Positions 9,894-19,989 of a stretch of DNA of 64,000 nt are shown piece by piece (position 1 is the stretch's first letter; each line of letters opens with the position of its first letter). The position numbers and the translations under genes were made by a program. The stretch is from Candidatus Hydrogenedentota bacterium (GTDB taxonomy: Bacteria; Hydrogenedentota; Hydrogenedentia; Hydrogenedentales; SLHB01), in contig BTWA01000009.1 in NCBI GenBank assembly GCA_045863295.1, forward strand, positions 1 through 64,000. The letters run 5' to 3'. Below the pieces are notes generated by a model that searched no databases, was not told where the DNA came from, and was given only the letters and a program-made list of their open reading frames with translations.

Positions 9894-10318
9894 GAACCAC
9901 GGATGGACACGGATAAGAATGGATTTTGGTATTGGATTCAGGATTGGAATGCGTGACTTTTACCGGCAGGATTTTGTTGCGAGTGGTTTTCGGTTCTAGC
10001 CCGGATATTTCACGACTTTGTCCAACTAACTGTGTAACAACTATGCTACCGGGCCATTGACCCATCCGATGCAAGTACAGCGTGCTCGTGAAATATCCTC
10101 AGCGTTTCAAGCCCAAACTATTCTGTGTAAGCATTCTGCACCACAGAGATTGTACTTCAGTCTTCCACGCACGCTTTTAGCGTGGTGCAAAATGCGGGCT
10201 AGGGGTGAATGCACTTAACAAACAGTGCCGGATTCCGAACCATGATTATGCCGTTGCAAAGCAATAATCGATTCTTCCATGATTCCTATCAGTGTGAATC
10301 CATGTCCATCCGCGGTTC
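9894..10318. repeat. Palindromic REP-like doublet (GAACCACGGATGGACACGGAT ... ATCCATGTCCATCCGCGGTTC) enclosing a MITE
   Basis: Arms at about 9894-9914 and 10298-10318 are imperfect reverse complements; located between convergent genes. Confidence 0.7.
10000..10198. mobile_element. MITE copy 1 (about 199 bp), imperfect terminal inverted repeats CCCGGATATTTCAC / GTGCAAAATGCGGG, CTAG target duplication
   Basis: CTAG at 9996-9999 and 10199-10202; homologous in inverted orientation to 27786-27968. Confidence 0.8.
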
Positions 10319-11602
10319 TTACATTCTTTTGAATACGTCTCGCGCTGCTTCCAGGGTCTTGTCGATTTCCGTGTCGCCGTGGCAGGTACTGGTGAATCCG
10401 GCTTCAAATTGCGCGGGAGCGAAATAAGCGCCGCGTTGGAGCATGCCCTGGAAGAATGCCGCGTAGCGTTTTGTATCCGACGCCAGGGCCTCGGCATAGT
10501 TGCGAACGGGACCTTCCTGAAAGAACATGCAGCCCATGGATCCGATTCGGGTAAGGTACACGGGCACGCCTGCCTCTTTGGCGATGTCTGCGAGACCGTC
10601 GCCCAAGGCATTCATTGCATTGTGGGTAAATTGCATGTTACCGGGTTGGCACAAAACTTCGAGTGTGGCGAGTCCGGCCGCCGTGGCCAGCGGATTACCA
10701 GACAACGTACCGGCTTGGTAAACCGGGCCGACGGGGGAGAGGTGGTCCATGATTTCCGCTGGACCGCCGTACGCGCCAACCGGCAATCCGCCACCAATGA
10801 CCTTGCCGAGTGCGGTCAGATCCGGAATGACTCCGGACCATTCCTGCACGCCGCCAAGGGCAACGCGAAATCCCGTCATGACCTCGTCAAAAATGAGCAG
10901 CGCGCCGTGGTTTTTTGTGATGACACGGAGGCCCTCCAGATAGCCCGGCTCCGGCAGGATAAGGCCCATGTTACCCGGCACGGGTTCGAGGATCATACAC
11001 GCGATCTTGTCGCCATGAGCGTCGAATACCGTTTTGACGGCTTCAAGATCATTGTAGGGTACGGTGAGTGTACATGACGCATAGGCCGCGGGAATGCCGG
11101 GGCTGGTCGGTTGGCCAAAGGTTGTCAGGCCGCTTCCTGCCTTGACGAGCAGGCCGTCCACGTGACCGTGATAGCACCCTTCCACCTTAACAACGAGGTC
11201 GCGTTTGGTGTAGCCCCTGGCGAGCCGAATGGCACTCATGGTGGCTTCGGTGCCGCTGCTTACCAATCGCACTTTTTGCATGGACGACACCAGACCGCGA
11301 ATGCGCTCCGCCAACCGGATTTCCGCCTCCGTGGGGATGCCGAAACTCGCGCCTTTTTCCATGGCCTTGATGACGGCTTCGACTACGTGCGGGTGAGCAT
11401 GCCCCAACACTAACGGTCCCCAGGACAGCACGTAGTCCACGTAGTCATTGTCATCGGCATCGGTGACATAGGCGCCTTTGCCAGATGCGGCAAAGAACGG
11501 CGTGCCGCCGACGGCCTTGAACGCTCGCACAGGGCTGTTCACCCCTCCCACAAGCACATTGTTGGCTTCCTGCCAGAGTGCGGCGGATCGATCCGACTTC
11601 AT
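10319..11602 (-). CDS. hemL: Glutamate-1-semialdehyde 2,1-aminomutase
   Basis: GGVNSPVRAF, SGTEATMSAIRLARG, FDEVMTGFR, GKVIGGGLPVGAYGG, YQAGTLSGNP. Confidence 0.97.
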   Translation of the reverse strand: MKSDRSAALWQEANNVLVGGVNSPVRAFKAVGGTPFFAASGKGAYVTDADDNDYVDYVLSWGPLVLGHAHPHVVEAVIKAMEKGASFGIPTEAEIRLAERIRGLVSSMQKVRLVSSGTEATMSAIRLARGYTKRDLVVKVEGCYHGHVDGLLVKAGSGLTTFGQPTSPGIPAAYASCTLTVPYNDLEAVKTVFDAHGDKIACMILEPVPGNMGLILPEPGYLEGLRVITKNHGALLIFDEVMTGFRVALGGVQEWSGVIPDLTALGKVIGGGLPVGAYGGPAEIMDHLSPVGPVYQAGTLSGNPLATAAGLATLEVLCQPGNMQFTHNAMNALGDGLADIAKEAGVPVYLTRIGSMGCMFFQEGPVRNYAEALASDTKRYAAFFQGMLQRGAYFAPAQFEAGFTSTCHGDTEIDKTLEAARDVFKRM

Positions 11603-11658
11603 GAGTTCCTCTCCATCTGATACGCGACCCTTGGCCGGGTCTCAAAATCGTTAAAACA

Positions 11659-12735
11659 CTAATTGGCTTCTTCGTCGTGATGCGTTTGGTGTGGAATCAC
11701 GATCGAAGCAATGAGTCCAACGGTCAGGATCCCAAAGATGGCCCCCAACAGATAGAAGTTGAAGTGCTCCCCAAGGGCCAGTTTAATCCACTTTGCCGTA
11801 AGCATTTTCACGCCGATCATGACCAAAATGAGTGATAGAGAAACCTTGAGAAAGCGGAACGTATCCAGCATTCCCGCCACCGCAAAATAGAGCGACCGCA
11901 ATCCCAGGATGGCGAACACATTGCTCGTGAAAACCAGAAAGGGATCCGCGGTGATGGTGAAAATGGCGGGGATCGAATCGACCGCGAAAATCAAATCCGA
12001 AAACTCCACCACGATTACGGCCAACCCCAAGGGGGTCAGCAGCCATGTGCCCGGCTTCGCATTTTCGACGACCTCGTCCCGCAGAGGCGCTTCGCCAGAA
12101 TTTCGGCCTTCAAGCGAACTGGGATGGCCAGCGCGCACGATAAAATGCTTTCCATGATATTGGCGCGTGATGGGAATAATGCGCCGGGTCATGCGAACAA
12201 AAAAACTGTTGCCCGGATCGGCGTGGCTCTCTTTCTGAAACAGCATCTTGATGCCGGTGAGGACCAAGAATACGCCAAAAATATACAGAATCCAATGAAA
12301 GGTCGAGACCAGTTGCGCACCGATGCCAATCATCAAGCCGCGCATGACTAGTGCCCCGAGGATACCGAAGAAGAGTACCCGGTGCTGATACATCGCCGGC
12401 ACGGAAAAGAAACTGCAGATCATGGCGATTACGAATATATTATCGACACTCAGGGACTCTTCCACGATGTAACCGGTTAGATATTTGACCATGGCCGTTG
12501 TGCCATCATTGATGATGCCGTCGGTAGCGTCCACTTTGGTGCCAAGTCCCATCCAGTGATTCTCGTATCCGAAATAGACAAATACAGAGAATGAAATGCC
12601 CAGTGAAATCCAGACGACCGACCAGGCGCACGCCTCCTTCACAGACACGGCATGTGCCTTACGGTGAAACACGCCGAGATCGAGGGAGAGGAGCGTTAGA
12701 ATCAGCAGAATGAAACCAATCCAAACCCAGACCAT
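11659..12735 (-). CDS. TerC/Alx family membrane protein
   Basis: LDLGVFHRKAH, EESLSVDNIFV, QHRVLFFGILGALVMR, SDLIFAVDSIPAIF, FTSNVFAILGLRSLYF; GGAGG RBS before MVWVW. Confidence 0.93.
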   Translation of the reverse strand: MVWVWIGFILLILTLLSLDLGVFHRKAHAVSVKEACAWSVVWISLGISFSVFVYFGYENHWMGLGTKVDATDGIINDGTTAMVKYLTGYIVEESLSVDNIFVIAMICSFFSVPAMYQHRVLFFGILGALVMRGLMIGIGAQLVSTFHWILYIFGVFLVLTGIKMLFQKESHADPGNSFFVRMTRRIIPITRQYHGKHFIVRAGHPSSLEGRNSGEAPLRDEVVENAKPGTWLLTPLGLAVIVVEFSDLIFAVDSIPAIFTITADPFLVFTSNVFAILGLRSLYFAVAGMLDTFRFLKVSLSLILVMIGVKMLTAKWIKLALGEHFNFYLLGAIFGILTVGLIASIVIPHQTHHDEEAN

Positions 12736-12759
12736 GAATCCTCCAACCAAGTGCCGGAT

Positions 12760-12812
12760 AAAAAAAGCCTCCAGCGGCACGCAATGGCGAGGTTCTTGCA
12801 GCCGACTGAGGC
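12760..12812 (-). terminator. Intrinsic terminator-like hairpin directly upstream of the terC RBS (possible attenuator)
   Basis: Minus strand GCCTCAGTCGGCTGCAA...TTGCGTGCCGCTGGAGGC followed by TTTTTTT. Confidence 0.7.
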
Positions 12813-13138
12813 AACTTGAGACACGATCCGCGCGTTTGTGCAGTTCAATCAAAGGTACAGAATTCCCGAATCATACTGGATCGGGTAGATTCGGTGCCAA
12901 CCCGCTTGCTCGACTGACGAGTGTGTAATGGCCCGATAGTGTCCCTCCGGGCAACAACACAAAGCTCGCACCTGTACTCAAATAGTCAGGAAGTAAATGA
13001 GTATATCGATTCCACCTTGAAATAGCGTTATCAAGATGGTTGCAAAATAACTGAACCATGCCAGAATCGAATTCACATCCATTCCACATCTCCTGATAAT
13101 GCCCGGCCATGAGGACTATGGTAACCAATCTCACCCAA

Positions 13139-14128
13139 TCATTTCTGTAACCACGTAGCCGCCTCTTTTGCCCAATAGGTCAATATGATCTTCGCGCCGG
13201 CTCGCCTGATGGCCGTAATGATTTCCAGCGCGGCTTGCTTCTCGTCCAACCACCCATTTGCCGCCGCTGCCTTCACCATCGCAAACTCCCCGGAAACCAG
13301 GTAGGCCGCGATTGGCACGTCAAACTCCTGAGACGCACGCACGATGATGTCGAGATAGGCCAACGCGGGCTTGACCATAATCACGTCTGCGCCTTCATCA
13401 ATGTCCAATTCAATTTCACGCATGGCCTCGCGCGCATTGCCATAGTCCATTTGATAGCTCTTACGGTCGCCGAACTGCGGAGGAGACTCGGCGGCATCTC
13501 GAAACGGGCCGTAAAACGCAGAAGCGTATTTCGCGCTATAGGCCATGATGGGCGTGTCCAAAAAACCCGCAGTGTCCAGCCCAGCCCGAATGGCGCCCAC
13601 GCGACCGTCCATCATGTCCGATGGAGCAATAATGTCCGCTCCCGCCCTGGCATGGGCAACGGCCTCCTTTGCAAGCAGCGGTAACGTTTTGTCGTTGTCC
13701 ACATCCTGACGGCCATTCTTCGCCGTGTGGACCACGCCGCAGTGGCCGTGGTCTGTGTATTCGCAAAGGCAGACGTCGGTGATGACGCACAGATCGGGCC
13801 TGGCTTTCTTGATCGCCTCGACGGCGCGGCATACAACGGCCGAATCGGCGTAGGCCTCGCTTCCGATCGCGTCCTTATGCTCCGGTATTCCAAAGAGAAT
13901 CACCGCGGGCACGCCCGTATCGGCAATGGACTTAACCTCCTCGACCAGCGTGTCCACCGAGAATTGAAAATTCCCCGGCATGGATTGGATGGGGTTCTTC
14001 ACACCCGATCCGGGACGGACAAACAGCGGCATAATCAGATCATCCACCGACACCCTGGTTTCACACACCATACGCCGGATTGTGGGTGTCTGACGGAGCC
14101 GCCGCATTCGAGTAATGGGATAGGCCAC
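13139..14128 (-). CDS. hemB: Porphobilinogen synthase (Zn-type)
   Basis: [49 protein letters not shown]. Confidence 0.97.
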   Translation of the reverse strand: MAYPITRMRRLRQTPTIRRMVCETRVSVDDLIMPLFVRPGSGVKNPIQSMPGNFQFSVDTLVEEVKSIADTGVPAVILFGIPEHKDAIGSEAYADSAVVCRAVEAIKKARPDLCVITDVCLCEYTDHGHCGVVHTAKNGRQDVDNDKTLPLLAKEAVAHARAGADIIAPSDMMDGRVGAIRAGLDTAGFLDTPIMAYSAKYASAFYGPFRDAAESPPQFGDRKSYQMDYGNAREAMREIELDIDEGADVIMVKPALAYLDIIVRASQEFDVPIAAYLVSGEFAMVKAAAANGWLDEKQAALEIITAIRRAGAKIILTYWAKEAATWLQK

Positions 14129-14131
14129 GGG

Positions 14132-15643
14132 TCATCCTTTCAATGCAGTGACGATTGCTTCGACAAAACTTGGAATATCATGCTGAACCGGCTCAATGGT
14201 AATTGGCAAGCCGAGTTCGTTTGCAGTCTGGCTCGTAATCGGACCAATGCCGGCGAACCGGGCGGTGGCCGCCAAGTGACGGGTGCGCTCTTGTCCGATC
14301 ATTTCATGGAAATTTCTTGCAGTGGACGAGCTTGTAAACGTGACCAGATCTGGATTGTAGGCCATCAGACGTTCCGCCAATTCCTCGGAAGTTGCCGGAA
14401 TAACCGTACGATAGGCGACCAGTTCGATCACCTCCGCGCCACGTGCGCGCAATTCCTTGGGGAGGAAACTTCGGGCGATATCAGCTCGAGGCAGGAGAAA
14501 CCGCTTTCCGCGCAGATCGCCTTCGTGAGCGGTAAGCGCGGCCATGAGATCCTCCGCGACATATTTGTCCGGCATCAAGTCTACCTTTAAGAAACGCTTC
14601 CGCACCGCTTCCGCTGTAGCCGAACCAATGACACAGAGTTTGACACTAGCCAAACTGCGGCCGTCCAAGCCTTGTTCTTCCATGCGCTCAAAAAGCATCT
14701 CTGCGCCGTTTACACTCGTGAGAACAATCCAGTCAAAGTCGCCCGCGTGTGCATAGGATTCGTCAGAGTCCGCAGGCTCGATCGCAATAGTCGGGAACTC
14801 GAAAACATCCGCGCCCAGCTCTCGCAGACTTTTTGAGAGTTCGCCCGCTTGGCCTCGCGCTCGCGTTACCACAATGCGTTTTCCAAACAGGGGCCGGTGT
14901 TCATACCAGGAAATCGAATCGTGAAGCTTTACCACTTCGCCAACGACTAGGATGGATGGAGGATCGATTGACTGCTCTTGAGCCAGGGCCGCAATGGTGG
15001 ACAGCGTTCCAGTGACCGAAATCTGTCTGGGGTACGTTCCCCATTGCACGACCGCGGCCGGCGTATCCGGGCTTCGCCCCATGGTAATGAGTCTGTCCGC
15101 AATGTGCGGCAACCGGCGCACTCCCATGTAGAACACCAAGGTGCCATCCAGTGCCCAGCGGGCGGATCCGTCCTCCAGGCACTCGCACGACTCCTCATCG
15201 TGCCCCGCCACGAATGTTACGCTGGAGGCAAGTCCCCGATGGGTGACGGGTATACCCGCGTACGCCGGCACGGCGATACCTGACGTAATGCCTGGCACTA
15301 CTTCAAAGGGCACCCCGTGCGCCACGAGCGCAAGCGCCTCCTCGGCGCCGCGCCCAAATACAAAGGGATCGCCGCCTTTCAATCGAACCACCCTATCCAC
15401 GCGGGCGGCTTGATCGATAAGAATCTTATTGATCTCGTCCTGAAGCAACGTATGGCGATCGGGCGACTTGCCCGCATAAATCTTCTCGGCATGGAATGCG
15501 ATGTCCAGAAGCGCTTCGTTTGCCAAACTGTCATACACAACCACATCCGCACGTTCCAGGCATTCACGGCCCCGAACGGTAATTAATCCCGGATCGCCAG
15601 GTCCCGCACCCACGAGGTAGACGGTTCCATATCCTTGCTTCAT
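14132..15643 (-). CDS. cobA: Uroporphyrinogen-III C-methyltransferase / uroporphyrinogen-III synthase fusion (CobA-HemD)
   Basis: [26 protein letters not shown], then [28 protein letters not shown]. Confidence 0.95.
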   Translation of the reverse strand: MKQGYGTVYLVGAGPGDPGLITVRGRECLERADVVVYDSLANEALLDIAFHAEKIYAGKSPDRHTLLQDEINKILIDQAARVDRVVRLKGGDPFVFGRGAEEALALVAHGVPFEVVPGITSGIAVPAYAGIPVTHRGLASSVTFVAGHDEESCECLEDGSARWALDGTLVFYMGVRRLPHIADRLITMGRSPDTPAAVVQWGTYPRQISVTGTLSTIAALAQEQSIDPPSILVVGEVVKLHDSISWYEHRPLFGKRIVVTRARGQAGELSKSLRELGADVFEFPTIAIEPADSDESYAHAGDFDWIVLTSVNGAEMLFERMEEQGLDGRSLASVKLCVIGSATAEAVRKRFLKVDLMPDKYVAEDLMAALTAHEGDLRGKRFLLPRADIARSFLPKELRARGAEVIELVAYRTVIPATSEELAERLMAYNPDLVTFTSSSTARNFHEMIGQERTRHLAATARFAGIGPITSQTANELGLPITIEPVQHDIPSFVEAIVTALKG

Positions 15644-16560
15644 CGTGCCGCCGCGATAATTGCGCCCGCGCCTTGCGCGAAGAGGCTATCCGCGACCTGA
15701 TCCCCCAGCGCCAGGGGATCCGAGAAATCGCCTTCGTGCCGAACACGAAGACAGGTCTGGCCGTCAGGACTGCAAACGCAAGCCTCCATCGTCAGACGAT
15801 CACCCGATGCGACGGCATGGGCGCCGATTGGCGCCTGGCATCCGCCTTCCAAAAGGGCAAGGCAACGGCGCTCGGCGGTGACTTCCGCCGCGCATCGCGG
15901 GTCGTTGATCCGTTGCACAAGAGTTCTCGTATCGCCGTCGTCCTCGCGCAATTCAATGGCAAGCGCGCCTTGGCCGGGCGCGGGGATCATGATGGATGCG
16001 GGGATGACCTGTGCGATATCGGTGTGACGTTCAAGCCGTTCAAGTCCGGCGCACGCCAAAATGGCCGCATCCAATGCGCCTTCTCGAACTCGCCGGACCC
16101 GAGTGTCAACGTTCCCACGCAGATTCAGTATCTCCAGATCCGGTCTATACGCCCGGATTTGCGCACCGCGCCTCAAACTGGACGTGCCGACTCGGGCGCC
16201 GCTGGGCAAATCGGCGAGCGATGTGGCGATCGAACATACAAGCGCATCAAAAGGATTCGCGCGCCAGGGAATGGCGCCTAACATCAGACCATCGGGAAAC
16301 ACGGTTGGCATATCTTTCAAACTGTGAACAGCCAAATCAATCCGGCCGTCCAAAAGTGCATTCTCCAATTCTTTTGTGAAGATGCCTTTGCCACCCACTT
16401 GAGCCAGCGGCACATCGCGAACTTGATCCCCGCGTGTTTCGATGATTTCAATTTCGATTGACATGCCGGGAGCGGCATCCCGCATCCGTTTGGCCACCCA
16501 ATGCGCCTGAAACAACGCCAGTTCGCTGCCCCGCGTCCCTATGACAAGTGCGTCTGCCAT
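15640..16560 (-). CDS. hemC: Hydroxymethylbilane synthase
   Basis: IGTRGSELALFQ, GKGIFTKELE, AVHSLKD, GTSSLRR, RGNVDTR, LEGGCQAPIG. Confidence 0.97.
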   Translation of the reverse strand: MADALVIGTRGSELALFQAHWVAKRMRDAAPGMSIEIEIIETRGDQVRDVPLAQVGGKGIFTKELENALLDGRIDLAVHSLKDMPTVFPDGLMLGAIPWRANPFDALVCSIATSLADLPSGARVGTSSLRRGAQIRAYRPDLEILNLRGNVDTRVRRVREGALDAAILACAGLERLERHTDIAQVIPASIMIPAPGQGALAIELREDDGDTRTLVQRINDPRCAAEVTAERRCLALLEGGCQAPIGAHAVASGDRLTMEACVCSPDGQTCLRVRHEGDFSDPLALGDQVADSLFAQGAGAIIAAAR

Positions 16561-16562
16561 AC

Positions 16563-17837
16563 CTACACGCCTTCCTTCAGGCCAAACAGGCGTTTAACCA
16601 GGTGCAGCACCCGGTTGGGATCCTCGTGGATAACTTCCTGCTTCAGTTGTTTCATGGGTTTCTGCAGTATCTTGTTCACAATGCGCTTCGTCAGGTACTC
16701 GATTTCGGCACGTTGTTCGTCGGTCAATTCAGGGATGGCGGACAAGGTCCGCTGCAACTCCATTTCGCGGATCGCATTCAGCTCCTCCGACATCGAAACA
16801 ATTGTCGGTTCAGCGGCTAATCCGCGCCACCATTGAACGAACTTCTCGGCGCCGTCCTCCACCATGGCCAGACAGCGCGTCATTTCCTGGCGCCGGGCCT
16901 CCAAATTGGAATCCGTTACCTTCTTCAAATCGTCGACATCATACAAGTATACATTGTCCAGCGCTTTCACCGCCGGTTCGATGTCGCGCGGTACCGCAAT
17001 ATCGATTACAAACATCGGGGCATGCGATCGCGATCGCAACGCTTTTTGAAAATCCGACGCTCCCAGTATGTACGATTGCGACGCTGTCGAGGAGATCACG
17101 ATATCGGCACGATGCAGATGTGCCGCAATATCGGCCAGAGCCACGGACTCGCCCCGGATCTTTCGGGCGAGCTCCTCCGCCTTGTCCAGTGAACGGTTTA
17201 CCAGCAATACATGGTCCGCCCCTTTCGCAATGAGGGATTTCAGGGCCAATTCGCCCATCTTTCCCGAACCGATGACCATCACGCATTTGCCGGTTAATTC
17301 CATGAATATGCTGACTGCAAGGTCTACAGCGACGGAGCCCACGGAAACCTTGCCTTCGCTGATGCTGGTCTCGGTTCGCACACGTTTCGCAACGCTGAAC
17401 GCCTTTTGGAAAAGCGAATGCAACAGCCGGTCCGTAGTCTGTTCGGCTTGCGCTAACAAGAATGCGTCATGCACCTGTCCCAATATCTGTCCCTCGCCCA
17501 CAACCAGACTGTCAAGGCTTGACGCTACCCGGAACACGTGGCCCACGGCCTCCCGGTCTTCGTGAATGTACAATGCGTCGCGCAAGGCGTCTGCGGGTAC
17601 TGAGTGCCATTCTCCAAGAAAAGAGACAATGTGGCCGGCCATGGCTTCGGCATCCATGTCACCGTGAGCATACACCTCCACCCGGTTACAGGTACTCAGG
17701 ATAACAACGCCCGCGCCCTCCAGCCGGACTTTCAGCTTCTGTAGCGCGGATGGCAACGATTTCTCGTCGAAGTGCAGTTTTTCGCGCACCGCCAACGGGC
17801 TGTTGTGGTGACTCAAACCAATGGCCAGCAGGCTCAT
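16563..17837 (-). CDS. hemA: Glutamyl-tRNA reductase
   Basis: LSTCNRVE, SLDSLVVGEGQILGQV, IGSGKMG, DIAVPRDIE. Confidence 0.97.
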   Translation of the reverse strand: MSLLAIGLSHHNSPLAVREKLHFDEKSLPSALQKLKVRLEGAGVVILSTCNRVEVYAHGDMDAEAMAGHIVSFLGEWHSVPADALRDALYIHEDREAVGHVFRVASSLDSLVVGEGQILGQVHDAFLLAQAEQTTDRLLHSLFQKAFSVAKRVRTETSISEGKVSVGSVAVDLAVSIFMELTGKCVMVIGSGKMGELALKSLIAKGADHVLLVNRSLDKAEELARKIRGESVALADIAAHLHRADIVISSTASQSYILGASDFQKALRSRSHAPMFVIDIAVPRDIEPAVKALDNVYLYDVDDLKKVTDSNLEARRQEMTRCLAMVEDGAEKFVQWWRGLAAEPTIVSMSEELNAIREMELQRTLSAIPELTDEQRAEIEYLTKRIVNKILQKPMKQLKQEVIHEDPNRVLHLVKRLFGLKEGV

Positions 17838-18682
17838 GCGGACGCCTCCCAGAACCGGTAGTCACTGAGTTGGAGCACGTTTAGACCGAGATACAGAAGC
17901 ACCAGCGACGTAAACCCTACAAATATAAGGTAGGCAAGCTTTTGTCCGCGCAGCCAACCCACCTGACGCGAATGAAATGCGAAGGCATAAAAGACAACCA
18001 TCAGCACCGCGCGCCAGATTTTCGGCGACTGCCACCAAGTCGCGTTCAACAAATTGCCCTGAAAGTACGCCCACCACATGCCAAGCACAAGGGTTATGGT
18101 GAAAGCGATATATCCCGCCAGAATGAGCGAATACAACATGCGGTCCAGTTGCTCAAGCGAGGGCAGGCGCTGAAACAGACCGGTCAGACGCATCTGCTTC
18201 AGCCGGCGAACCTGAAAGATATACGCCATGCTCGTGAGGCTGGCTACCACGAAAAGTGCATAAGCAAAAAACGCAGGCGCCACATGAACCACCATCATTG
18301 CCCAATTCAGACCTTCCGGAGACATTTGAACGCCGAACGGCCCGACAAACAGGTTCGCAACAAACAGCGCGAATACGGGAGGGACGTAAAAACATAACAA
18401 CGCCGGGACCCGGCCACGGATCGCCACACTCAGTCCAATCAGCGTCGCAAATACAATGAGCATGCTGAATGCGTCGGATACGTCCGTAAAGGGAAGTCGC
18501 TTTAGCACCAAGCCTTTCAGCACGATGCCCGCCAGCAGAACTACGGATCCCGCCCCTGCGGACCCCGTGGACCAACGAAGGAATTTCTCACCCTTGTCCG
18601 CCAAATACGCCGACACGGCGACCGCTGACAATGCGTAGCACGCGAACGATCCGTAGAAGAACACGTAAACAAGGGTTGTCAT
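17834..18682 (-). CDS. CcsA/HemX-like cytochrome c assembly membrane protein
   Basis: About 8 TM helices, conserved His (VHV), RLPSLEQLD, LGMWWA...W.SPK tryptophan-rich motif; coupled to hemA. Confidence 0.85.
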   Translation of the reverse strand: MTTLVYVFFYGSFACYALSAVAVSAYLADKGEKFLRWSTGSAGAGSVVLLAGIVLKGLVLKRLPFTDVSDAFSMLIVFATLIGLSVAIRGRVPALLCFYVPPVFALFVANLFVGPFGVQMSPEGLNWAMMVVHVAPAFFAYALFVVASLTSMAYIFQVRRLKQMRLTGLFQRLPSLEQLDRMLYSLILAGYIAFTITLVLGMWWAYFQGNLLNATWWQSPKIWRAVLMVVFYAFAFHSRQVGWLRGQKLAYLIFVGFTSLVLLYLGLNVLQLSDYRFWEASA

Positions 18683-18845
18683 ACGCCACCCCTCAGACAG
18701 CTGCCGACTCTGGCGGCATTTGGCTCAAAAGAACAGCAAAAACACAGTTCAGACATATCCTAACAGGATACTGTACTTTGGTGTTGTGGTGCCAGTCCTG
18801 GGGGATGGATTGGACGCAGAATTCTTTCCGTGCAACGGTGCTTCG

Positions 18846-19889
18846 TTATTGCCGTACGGCCACTTCTTCGCCGGTCCGGCTGGATTGATAGGCGGCTTCC
18901 GCCACAGCCACGGCCTGCCGTCCATCCCAACCCGTGCCGGGATTCGGCGTTCCGGATAGCACGTCATCTACCAGTCGTTGGAGGATGACCGCGTATGTCT
19001 TCAGCCGTACCGGATCGAGAAAGCCTTTTCCCGCCCAATCGATGGGTTCCTGGCGAGCCGCAACCTCCCAGGGAGATCCATGCCTCGAAACCCGCAATTC
19101 GCCATACCAGTCGGAATCGATGATACCGTGCTCCAGCATCACCTGCGTTGCGCCGCCAGTTCTCGGAATACCGGGTTTAGGCATCTCGAAGGTGCAGAAG
19201 ATCGTGCACACGGTTCCATCGTCCAGCGTAAGTATGAGGTCGGCCGTACTGTCAACCCGATAAGTGGAGCCAAAGCTGCGTACCTTGGCGAATACTTTGG
19301 CGACCTCGCGGCCTGTAAACCACCGCACCTGGTCAATGTTATGAATCCCGTGCCCCATCAAAATACCCACGTTCTCCGGATCCAGTTGCCAGGCCGGAGT
19401 GGACTTCATGCCGTCCGGCACGATTTGCACATTGTGCATGTACCGGAGTCTTCCCAGTTCGCCTGACTCTATCAAACGCTTTGTTTCGATATTGCAGATG
19501 CGTTCGCGCTGGGTATACGTGATGTCGCACCGCAGTGAACGGGCTTTGCATTCCGCCAAAATCGCATCGCACTCCCGCACGGTACATGCCATGGGCTTGT
19601 CAATAAGGATGTGTTTGCCCGCCTGAGCCGATGCCAGTGCCTGGGCGCCGTGCAACGCGTGCGGAGTCGCAAGGCAGACTATGTCCACGTCCCGCCGTGC
19701 CAGGAGGTTTTCCAGCGATGGTTCCACGGCCACCCCATACTCTCGTGCCAGATCGGGGGCGCGAGACCCAACCGCAACCGCCGTCAACGCAGCCTTTTCC
19801 ACCAGTGTCGTTATGGTGCGTGCATAGGTCTGGCCCATGAATCCCGCGCCCACCAGACCTATTCCCAATTGACCGCTTGTTGTAGGCAT
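18846..19889 (-). CDS. Gfo/Idh/MocA family oxidoreductase
   Basis: GLVGAGFMG, ATPHALH, KHILIDKPMA, HGIHNID; start placed at MPTTSG. Confidence 0.9.
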   Translation of the reverse strand: MPTTSGQLGIGLVGAGFMGQTYARTITTLVEKAALTAVAVGSRAPDLAREYGVAVEPSLENLLARRDVDIVCLATPHALHGAQALASAQAGKHILIDKPMACTVRECDAILAECKARSLRCDITYTQRERICNIETKRLIESGELGRLRYMHNVQIVPDGMKSTPAWQLDPENVGILMGHGIHNIDQVRWFTGREVAKVFAKVRSFGSTYRVDSTADLILTLDDGTVCTIFCTFEMPKPGIPRTGGATQVMLEHGIIDSDWYGELRVSRHGSPWEVAARQEPIDWAGKGFLDPVRLKTYAVILQRLVDDVLSGTPNPGTGWDGRQAVAVAEAAYQSSRTGEEVAVRQ

Positions 19890-19989
19890 AATCCCCCGCA
19901 ATTCCGTACAATGTTGTCCTTCGTTGCCTCGATAGTAATTCATCGTCGAGCAGTCAGCCAAGACTGCGATAACCGTGAGGGCACATACC

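Noticed and set aside
12760..12990. Calling the terC leader a canonical yybP-ykoY riboswitch
   Set aside because: The GGGGAGUAGC...AGACC P1 pairing could not be built; kept only as a candidate
12871..13134. 87-aa ORF between hemB and terC
   Set aside because: No recognisable motifs and it overlaps the structured leader; not fully excluded as a leader peptide
18746..18760. TATCCT-AAC-AGGATA palindrome upstream of the heme operon
   Set aside because: A single short palindrome with no second copy or identifiable regulator
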